A DNA stretch of 64,000 nucleotides, taken from assembly GCA_946965045.2 (NCBI GenBank), contig OX337230.1, forward strand, positions 2,418,001 through 2,482,000, read 5' to 3'. Shown here one piece after another: positions 46,210-56,461 of the stretch (position 1 is the stretch's first letter; each line of letters begins with the position of its first letter). The notes beneath the pieces were generated by a model. It made no database searches. It saw only the letters and a list, made by a program, of their open reading frames with translations, and was not told where the DNA came from. This DNA is from Epithemia pelagica (taxonomy: Eukaryota > Protista > Bacillariophyta). Both the position numbers and the translations under genes were made by a program.

Positions 46210-47468
46210 GGTAATCAAAAACAACAATCAACTCTTAACTTCTTGAAACACTTCCTCAAAAGTGAGGTTTCCAAGACGAGTTTTGCCATGATTTTAATCC
46301 ATTACCTACGTAGAACCACTACTGGCTTGCACACAATCCTTGATTGTTGCTCAAAGTCGGTCGTGCCAGACCTAACCCACATGATCTTTGGCCCTAATTG
46401 GCTAGATCCACATAGGAGCCCGGAAAAGTCTTTTCGTCGGTTCCACAAGACACCCGAACCACGTCTAGGTATATTTTGTCCTGCAGTGAAAGGCCTCACA
46501 TGGAGCTAAGCTCATGTGCTCTCGGCCAGAGGGATAACAAACCGCAAAATGTGAGACAAGTCCCAAACGGTTGCGATGCGACACTGTACTTATTCCAAAA
46601 TTCAGCACTGTGCAACAATGAGTACCCCCCCTCCGTTGAGAAGGCTGTTTCGGACACATGCCCCCATTTCATCCACATGAAGACTGGTCCCAGGAATATT
46701 CTCCGGACCATTTCCCAGAGTAAAATGCGAATCACACATATAACTGGTTTTGGGATGCGTTCTGATCTCGAATTCCGCAACCATGGCGGATCTGGTTCAC
46801 TGGGATGGATCCAGTAGGGAAGACCGTCGCCTTTCCCCCAATCTGCGCACCTTTTCGCAGACAACGGTAGCGCCAAACAATAGTAACGTACCATTATCAT
46901 TGTGCCTGCACGAGCCCATTCACAGGTGCAATAGGTCAACCAATGATCCCCGACAGTTGGGTTATTTCTGTCGGTTTGCCTTATAGGCTTGGGGCATTAC
47001 GCCAACGGTCGCAGCCATCTGTCCAGGCATTGGACCGTCTACTTCCATGTTATTGACCAGTTTGGGTCTGATAAACTAAGAAAACCCGTCCGTTGGGCAT
47101 ACGGAGCACCGTCATGGGTGCACGGGTACAAAAGTCATTCCAAACAAAGAAGTGAACTAAAATATAGGTTACAGAGTCACTACTCCCTATCTTCTCGATT
47201 TTCATACGTACGACAGACATACTTTCTTAGTAGTGTTCGTTTGCATGACAAGGACCAGCTGGTGGATCACCGACTGTGGATTGGTGTGTAGTGATTCGCG
47301 CCTCAATCGCGAACCCATGTGCGACCGGCTGCCTGTCCAAACCCATCCACATCACCGTTTCCGAAAAACTTGAAAAAACACTGGAAGGATACCCTGATGG
47401 GTCTCATTGTTCGTCCTTCCGAAGGTACAACAGACAAGGTTCTGTGGTTGGGGATTGTCCGTTTACAA

Positions 47469-50400
47469 ATGAGTTTCCAAGGGTCTTTTCGTGACAGGAG
47501 GTCCACTGGAGGAGATCGAGGACACTGGAGTGGAGGAGGCGGACGAAGACAACCACCACCGTATCGTTCCCAACAACAACAAGGTTCTTGGAATGGAAAC
47601 CAAGCAAGGTTTGATCGAAATTATGGCGATCATGGAAGGTCCCACAATAACAATGGACAAAGAGCATCATATGAAGGTCGTGATTCATGGGACCGCCGCA
47701 GTTTTCACAATGACCAAGGCTACCAGAAGAAGAAGCCACGGCATGACTTTGAACAGGGTGGACGACGACAACAAGACCAGCCGTTTCATGCCAGAAATGA
47801 GGGTCGTGCTCGAACACAAGAACAACAACAACAACAACAGTCGAATCATTGTCAAGAAGATGCGGCACCTGATCGGTCCAATGTGACCACACCTCCGTGG
47901 CCGAATAGGGAATGTGACAGAAACAAATTTCCTCTCCCTGATCAAGTCTGGCAAGCATTGGATCGAAAAGGAAAGATGCTGGCAAAACTTCCCAATGAAT
48001 CGACTCTCATTGATTCACTTGTCCTTCATCAATTTCCAGAAGACTTTTCAGATCGGTGCACACGAGCCGTGCAAGAAACAGTCCGGCGACTGTCGGAACT
48101 TTGCCCGGAAGAAAACCAACACTCATCAAAGTCCCATCACTATGACAGTGATGGAGATGACTCGGATGACAGTTCCTGTGATATTGATGGGATGCGAAGA
48201 CCCAATATGGATCCCGGTCGTAATAGAACCAATCCATCAGCCAGCCAGGATCCTCACCAAAAGTATCGAAAATTTGTTGAGGCCCTCCCAGAATGCGTGG
48301 CTCTGGACTATGGGTTCCATGTATTCTCAATGGGCTACAACCATAGTGCCACTTGTTACTGTCCATGCAGGAAGAAAATGAAGAATTCCTGGCAAAAGCA
48401 ATTTGGGCTGGACGCATTTGTACCTTTGTGTACCACCGCAAAGGAAACAGACAAGGGATTTACGGATCATGCACTAATTCAACATTGCGCACAGAAAGCG
48501 GAAAGTTGTGTCTTCCATAAGCTCACTCTTGAGTATCTGAAAACACTCTTTCACCATTATCATACCAGTTCTCTCAACCACAAGGCTCTCTACAAACCAA
48601 GTGACAGGGATTATAGACGTGCAGAGGATCGCCAAAATCGGGCATATTGGGAGAAACTCAGAGAAACGCAAAGAGAACTTGAAGAGGCTCGAAGAGAAAA
48701 GGATGCAATGAAAAAGCATTTAGAAGAGCTACAAAAGGTACGTGAAGAGAGAGGAGGAGTTGGCTTGTTGTTTGTGGATGCTTGAACAGTGCGTCTCATT
48801 CACCTGTGATTTGACAGGTGAATCCCACCAAAGCAGAAGTTGTGGAGGTGAAACACACCGCCCTCGAGAAATTCGAGGCTCAGTTGGAACTTGAACCGAA
48901 ACGAAAAGAACGGGTTTTGTCCCCATCTGAACTTGCTCGGATTCAAGATCGATTTGATCTCTGCTTTGATCGATCTCGCAGACTCTACAAAAAGTGTCGT
49001 TGCAAGGTACTAAAGAACCCAGGACCAAAGTACGTCAAATGTACACCCGAGAAATGTAAGCTTGATCCCACGGTTGCATTTGAAAAGGTATGTCCTCTGG
49101 GAGAACAGAAGGGTTGCCGTTCAAATGGGAACTCATTCCGTTTTAGTTGTCGCAAAGGTTCACTCTGCAAGAGGAATGGGCCAAATGTAATACGAGTGCT
49201 CTTTATCCGTTGTTTCTAGACACTGAAACCGTCAATGAAAAGTATTTTGAGAAGAGTGATTGCCCTGACAATCAATCCGATCCGTTGTGGCTGTTTGACT
49301 GGGATGTTCAGTTTCAAGATGTCCTACCTATAGTCTCAGGTGCGTATCCATCAATATTACTTCTTGTTGCTCTACCACCTTCGGCTTATGGGGTCGTCCT
49401 CATGCAGGTAACAAAGAAGACCTTGCCAAAGACAAAGGTGGGCCATCCCGAGTGTTTTTGTCCGATGTCTGGGGACAATTGGGGCATACAAACCTTGTGG
49501 AACAAAGTATTGAGGATCAACAAGAACAAGTCGAAGTGAAGGAAAAGGTGGAAATTAAAGAAGGCGGGAATAAATCCACAGGAAATGGAAAGACCGAAAA
49601 ACCTTCACTTTACATGTTTGAGGTCACGGGAGGAAAGTTGTGGCCACAAATCAACGACAAGCTGGAAATGAAAGAAGTGGACAAGTCGAAACTAAATCTT
49701 CTTGGGCGTGCCATTGGTCGCATGATTCTTCACTCATTATCCAACCGTTTTATTAATGACGAGGGAGTGTCGCGATTGACCATCGCAGGACATGTCTTGC
49801 CTCCCCCGTTGAGGCGATACCTTCTGCAGGGTATTACACCCATGGATGAGAGGTATGACATTCGAGATCTGTTCTCTGATTTCCTTGATTTCTCCGTTAC
49901 TGAAAAGAGTATGGACGAATGGAAAAAGAAACACGTGGGTGGGGATAGTGACGCGAAGTTGTCATCAATCATGAAGCATTTTGAATCTTTCTGCGGTGTG
50001 TACGAAGCAGGTGAGGGATCGATGACAGAAAAGTTACGCAAAGCCACTCACAATGCATGGATTGAGAGCCGTTCCCAAGTTTTGGACAGCTTGAAAGCAG
50101 GACTGGGTAGTTCCATTGGAAACCATCGATCATTGGAGGCTGCTGGAATGGATTTGGTTGATCTGAGGACTATGGACTTACTCTTCTTTTCCAAGCTCCG
50201 CGTTACAGCGGAAGATGTCATCAAAGCTCTTAAACCAGATGTGGGAAGCTATGATGAAGATGGCCAATTACTCCATAAACAGAAAGCAATAATTGCGATA
50301 AAGGATGAGTCTACAGGTGATGTTGAAGGTAACTTGGTTGAACTCCTTCGCAAGAAGGAAAAAGAAGAAACAGGAGGCACCAACTTCGCAGGAGATTTTG

Positions 50401-50633
50401 TTGAGTTTACAACGGGTTCTCGTCAACTTCCACAGAATGGATCAAAAATCACTATTGAATTCTGCAAAGGAGAAGTTGGATACCGAGGCGATCCAGAGAG
50501 TCTCCCGGTTGCGCACACATGCAATACAACCTTGAAGTTACCAGCTGAAGCATACGGAGGAGACTTGGCAACCCTTGAAAAGAAAATGGATCTGGCCCTT
50601 GCTGGTGGACTGCGAAATTTCTCAATGAAATGA
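47469..50633 (+). CDS. HECT-type E3 ubiquitin ligase with RG/Q-rich N-terminus and Cys/His cluster (4 exons, 985 aa)
   Basis: Exons 47469-48737, 48818-49087, 49147-49339 and 49408-50633, all joined in frame by GT-AG introns. HECT start GNKEDLAKDKGGPSRVFLSDVW; C-lobe FVEFTTGSRQLP...LPVAHTCNTTLKLP..Y...LEKKMDLAL with the catalytic Cys. Confidence 0.82.
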
Positions 50634-51915
50634 GTAGTTTTTCCTGCAGTGTAACTCTATACAATAGAAACATGCACTGATTCATTCTGTATTTGATCAT
50701 CGTCCCTCTGCGGATCTTTGTTTCATGATTCCACCATATGAACTGAAGCGGTCACTGCTTTTGTGGTCTCTAGCAGCCCATGGTCCGTAGGCACCATCAG
50801 ATGACAAAGATTCAGAACGTTACGCAGGAATGAACGCCACAGCGTGGCGAGTCGTTTCCGAATGTTAGTCACCGTTATGGTGAGGATTCCAAATGTCAAG
50901 GTTTTTTGTCCTCCTATGTCCAACAGTGAAATCGGAGACGCGTAGATCACTCGGTTGGTTGTTGCTTGAACAAAGATCCGCCATCCATGAGTTTAACCCA
51001 AGGCCCTCGAGCACGGAGAGTTGGCCATTGCTTTCGAAAACTTTGTGATTTTGTTCTCCTTGTGGTATCGATACATGTATGTGACTTGGCAATTCTCCTC
51101 CACAAGAGGTGCATCTGCAATCTGGATACGCTCTTTCGTAATGGACCAAGCTCTCGGAAGCATCGCGCCGGCATGTTCTTTGACATTATATTACTCACGA
51201 GACAATACTTTCCCGCGTGTATCGAGATCGTTACAATATTGTGATACGCCGTCCGATCTCCGTTGTCTTTCCAATTCGTCCAATCGCCACATTTTTATTC
51301 CGACAAACTGCCGAGCTGTAATGGCTACAACTCTATATCCGCGGGAGCGACCTATGCAATCGATTGGAAGCGACAGCCGTTGCAAATCCAAATTCTTCCA
51401 TCTCTTGGATAAGATTGATAGCAAAAGCCGATCCAAATGACTCTTAATGCCAAATTCTAATTAGCAACCGAAACAGATATCCAATCCATCCCATCTCCAA
51501 ATCCAATCAACCACCCAGGATACCACCCAGGGTACTGGAGAGAATGGATCTTCGATTGGAATGTAATGATGCCTTCTTTTGCAAATAGCAAGCTTTTTTC
51601 CAATTTCAAACGGCGGCATCCCGCGGCAAATGGAATGCTACTTCTGATGAGGAGGCATGTCCCTCCTATGATGACTATTGTTCCGAATGGGAAGAATACA
51701 CATGTATGCGGTTTCTTTGGAGCCGACGTGATTGAACAAGAACAGGAATCGCATACATCGTAGGCCAATCCATTGTCCACAGCAAGAAATCAACGATTTC
51801 AGGAATCATTCACATGTGCTCACAATTTCAAGCTTGATCCAAAGATCAAGGCATAAGCTCAACACAGCACTTCTCGTTCTTCTTGAAAGTTCATTGATCA
51901 ACACCACCATCCACC

Positions 51916-53402
51916 ATGAAGCTTTTCTCGTCTCTTCTTGTACTTCAGGCTGTTGGTACGGCAATGAGTGCCATGGACACTGCTGATTACACGGAACGCC
52001 GTCTTAGCAAGGGCAAGGGCTCGGACGAGGAGGAACCTAGCAAGGGCAAGGGTATGAGTATGGACAGTGCCAAGGGCAAGGGAATGGACATGGACAGTGC
52101 CAAGGGCAAAGGAATGGGAATGGACAGTGCCAAGGGCAAGGGAATGGGAATGGACAGTACGAAGGGCAAGGGAATGGATAGTTACAAAGGAAAGGGTATG
52201 GAAATGGACAGTGCCAAGGGCAAGGGAATGGATAGCTACAAAGGAAAGGGTATGGATATGGACAGTGCCAAGGGCAAGGGTATGGAAATGGACAGTTACA
52301 AAGGAAAGGGTATGGACAGTAAGGGTAAGGGTGAGGGATACGAGGACGACCACAGCAAGGGGAAAGGCAAAGGCAAGGGATACGAGGACGGCTACAACAA
52401 GGGAAAAGGCAAAGGATACGAACCGGCTCCAGTCTACGTAAAGCCAACTCCCATGCCAACTCCTCATCCTACCGAGAGGCCTTACCCGAAACCAACTCCC
52501 AAGCCGACACCCCATCCTACGGTTAAGCCTACGCCAAAGCCGACTCCCAAGCCTACCCCGAAACCCACTCCCAAACCTACTCCCAAACCCACTCCCAAAC
52601 CTACTCCCAAACCCACTCCCAAACCACTCCCAAACCCACTCCCAAACCTACTCCCAAACCCACTCCCAAGCCAACCGAAAAGCCTACGGAAAAGCCAACA
52701 CCGAAACCTACCGAAGCCAAGGGTAAGGGTAAAGGAAAGGGAAAAGGAAAGGGATACGAAGAACCGACCAAGGGTAAAGGCAAAGGAAAAGGCAAGGGTA
52801 AAGGGAAGGGTGACGACTATGTTTCTACCATCAAGCTTGAATTTACGAATGCCATGCAACGTCAAGTGTTGTCTCCGACCTTTTTCATGACCCATGCCTG
52901 TGGATACGAACTGTGGACGGTTGGCAAGGCCGCTTCCCATGAATTGGAACTCTTGGCTGAAAATGGGGATACCTCTGCCTTGGTGGCCAAGTATGCGACG
53001 GTCGAAGGAGTATGTCAGTGTGGAACTGTCGAGGGTAGCGTCCCTGCCGGAGACAGCACCTACTTGGAAGTGAACCTGGACAAGGACTGTGGTTGCATTA
53101 CTACAGCTACCATGTTGGTCGGTACCAACGATTCCTACACCGGTTTCCTCAATACACCTTTGACTGCCTTTGCAGGATACCAACCCGTCACAGCCTTTGC
53201 CTACGATGCCGGTACCGAAGCCAACACAGAATTATGTAAGGACATTCCAGGACCTCCCTGTAACCACCCTGACAGTACGAATAACAACAGCGACAAAAAT
53301 GCCGAAGGCTTTGTTCATGTCAGTCCGGGTATTGCCGGAAATGCGGATGTTGGCTTTGCCTATGACTGGCGTGCCGCCGTCTTGTTTGGAAAGGAAGCCT
53401 AA
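51916..53402 (+). CDS. Secreted spondin-N domain protein with RRL motif, KGKGM repeats and a PTPK stalk; one-base deletion in the stalk (495 aa if corrected)
   Basis: Signal peptide, ERRL-SKGKG, about 10 DS(A/Y/T)KGKGMxM units and 12-bp AAACC(C/T)ACTCCC repeats, one of them 11 bp at 52621. Spondin_N motifs [58 protein letters not shown]. Confidence 0.85.
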
Positions 53403-54298
53403 AATGCTTGCTTTTTTGTCTGGAATACACGTAACGCCAAAGTGATTACGTTGTGGTCTTTCAGCTTTCTACGACTTGCGGTGTTTGGTTGCACGAATCT
53501 TTTCGGATTCTGTGGTGCAATGGCTCCTTGGTCGTAATGTCGTATGTGTTAAGGAAACAGTTGAGTGTTAATTCTCTGATCTATAAAGACCATATATGTT
53601 CTCGACCATTGAGTGTCTTTCTCTATAGTTAGGTCGGATGATTCTCTTGTGTAACGGCCACATCGAACAAGACGACGACTAAGTGCAACTACGAATCAAG
53701 AAGCAGAACAACTACAGCAATCCCCGAATCATCGATTGGATTCCGCTGTGATATGACTTCAGGGTATCGTTTCGCATGCGAGAGGGAAACAATTGAGTTG
53801 CACACTCTCAGCTTTTGGAACATTTTATATCTTGACAACTGTGTTCCATTTAGAGGCACATACGAGTTACGATTGCATGGAATCCTGTGAGGTATGTTGA
53901 TCAAAGCACTGCCTTAAAGGTATCCTCTAGTCCGGTGCTATTGCGGCACTAAGCTCCCTACTAGTAGAGGTAGATGGCAAGAACGAACCATCACCACCAC
54001 CACGTCACCAACACCAACATCTTCGTGTATCGTGTATCAATGGCCTACTCCCCAGAGAAGAGAGTCGTGAGGATTAGTGATTCGATTCTGGTGTGCAAAA
54101 TCCACCTCAAATTCACGACCCATATGCGACCTACAATCATTACAGCTTGGAGGTAATCATTGTCCACAGTCGATCCCATATCTGCAGAATGTTTTACTAT
54201 CGAATTCACGCGCCGAACATGGAAGTCAACAAATCGGCGCATTCTAAAAGTCAAGAACAATTTGACACTGGTGTCGCTGACAAGCACAGAGACTGCTC

Positions 54299-56109
54299 AT
54301 GTCCTATATCAATAACAGCAAGAAGAGAAAAGAATCCGTATTGTTGACGTACAAAGCATCCCAGCACGAGTCGTATGGAACTGATCGAATGATTGACTTT
54401 GAACCTCTTCCCGCTCGTACGAGCGTGTATCGCCGTCAATCCTTTATCAATGAATTCGTACAATCCAAGGGACCTCCTCAAATTGTCGTTCTGATAATGT
54501 TGTTTGCCTTTGGATTCGGATCCATCTTGGGTGTCGTACCAGCTGTATGTTATTCATGAGGTGTCAATTCGCATTCTGTCTCATGGTGCTGATCAATGCT
54601 GCTTCTTGTTGATTTTGTTTCCGCTGTTTGCAGATCATGTCAGATCGGTTTGCCAGAATAAATCACGGATACTCTCTGGAAAAGCCATGCGACGACTATC
54701 ATCCGAGTGACAAACCACAGGCATGTTTGAATGGATCAGCCGATGCCCAAAATGCTGTTGCTGTGGAACAGTTCATATCTAATGGATTGACATTCTTTAC
54801 AAGTTCACTTGTTGGATCCTTAAGTGACCAACATGGGAGAAAGGGGGTTCTCATGGTTGGTGTATTGCTTGCCACACTTTCACCACTGTTTTTACTTCTG
54901 ATACAGCTGGATGAAAGCCTGAATCCGTTTTGGTATTACATGGCGGGGGCGATTCAAGGCACGGTGAATTGGATCGCAGTAGCCTTGTCGGCTTTGTCCG
55001 ATGTCATGCCGAAGCAATGGAGAGCTCCAAGCTTTGGTTTGTTGCTTGCCGGTCTTTCGGTGGGCTTTGCCTGTGCTCCCATACTGGCCCTGGTATTAGG
55101 TCACTTTTATGTGACATGTCTTTCTTTGGTGGCTGTCCTTCTGGCCTTCCTTGTCGTGGTATTGTTCATGCCTGAAACCTTGTTACCCGAGGCAGCCGAA
55201 AAGGCCCAAATTGCCAGATTGGCCGAAGTAGAAGAGTTGGAAGGTAGTGCCAAGTATTTGTGGTTCTTGTATCGACCAGTGTGGGAGCTTTCCATTTTGA
55301 ACCGAAACACTTTGTTTCGGCTTCTGTCAGCATTGGCCTTTTTCAGTGGGATTAGTAGTTCCGGTGACCGATCTCTCTTTCTGTATTACATCGAAGAAAG
55401 AATCGGCTTTACGGACAAGGACATTGCCGGTAAGCACTGTAGACATATGGGAAACAGACAGCTTATGTGAAGGTAGTCTTCTCACGTCTTTTGTTTTGGT
55501 CATGTATTTTTCTTCAGTATTTTTCTTGGTGGTTGGATTTGTAGGAATTTTCGTCCAGGGTGTCCTTCTCAAGGTCATGAATGACGCATTGGGAGAAAAG
55601 ATGGTGTTAATTTTCAGCTTTCTCGTTGGTGCCGGACACGATATTGTGTACAGCTTGGCCAAAACAAAGACAGCAATCTACGTGAGTGCTGTGTTGGCAT
55701 CCTTGTTGATGATGGCATTTCCCACCATATCGGCAGTCAAGTCAAACAACGTCAATGAGAGCGAGCAGGGGCGTATTCAAGGTGCCTTGTACTCTGTCCA
55801 AGCATTGTCCTCCGCATTGGGACCAACCATGTTTCGAGCGGTGCACCACTTCACGAGTGAGAATTCCATTTTCGGACCAGGTTCCATGTTTCTCTTTTCG
55901 GCGTGTATGTATGTGATTGCGTCCTATGTGGCATGTCTCCTTCCGGTGAGTACCATTATCTTCCTTGGACAGTTACACGATACGAGACATCCTAACCATT
56001 CTTGTTCCGTTTGTGACAGCCGGAAGTAAACTCCAAACGTGACGAAGAACCAGACGTGGATCCCTTGGAGACCGAAGATCCATCTACACCGCTCAACCAG
56101 TCCGAATGA
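54299..56109 (+). CDS. Major facilitator superfamily transporter (TetA / MFSD14-like), 4 exons, about 519 aa
   Basis: Exons 54299-54544, 54634-55429, 55518-55945 and 56020-56109 joined in frame. MFS motif A GSLSDQHGRK, ALSALSDV and EQGRIQGAL; multiple TM helices. Start codon uncertain. Confidence 0.9.
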
Positions 56110-56461
56110 TTCTCGTCTAGTAAGAGGTCAGCACACTTGTGGAAAGTAACCACAATTTGTCCGCCCACAGATTCTCTTGCACAAAGATAATGTGGATACT
56201 TAGAATGAATACTTGAACAGTTGCATACAGCCTAAGGACATTCTAGTCCATGATGATATCGCTTGGAAGTAGCAGATCATGGGACGGCTTATGTATGATA
56301 ATGGTATATTATCTATGGTGAGATAGTTGCAAGTAGCAGCATCATGTGCAAGTAGCTTCCATTGCCGTCCCCTGTACGATATTCTTTGTGAGACCCCTTC
56401 AAAAACGTATGAGCTTTGTGATGTGAATGTGTGTGTGAGAGAGAGAGTGCTCCCGTCGGCC

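Larger units (their letters stand above)
40362..47229 (-). mobile_element. Full-length Ty1/copia (CoDi-like) LTR retrotransposon, copia-2, 6868 bp
   Basis: Identical 153-bp LTRs (40362-40514 and 47077-47229) with TAAGAAA/TTTCTTA inverted ends. TSD GTAG (40358-40361 and 47230-47233). PPT-like TTTGAGGGGAC before the 3' LTR on the minus strand. Gag-PR-IN-RT-RH order. Confidence 0.96.

Noticed and set aside
46496-46939. 147-aa ORF in the copia-2 5' leader as an env-like or accessory gene
   Set aside because: Short, no motif, and no second copy to test conservation.
50720-51780. Degenerate gene or transposase on the minus strand
   Set aside because: Fragments of 75-107 aa are interrupted by stops, with no DDE or other motif and no TIRs identified.
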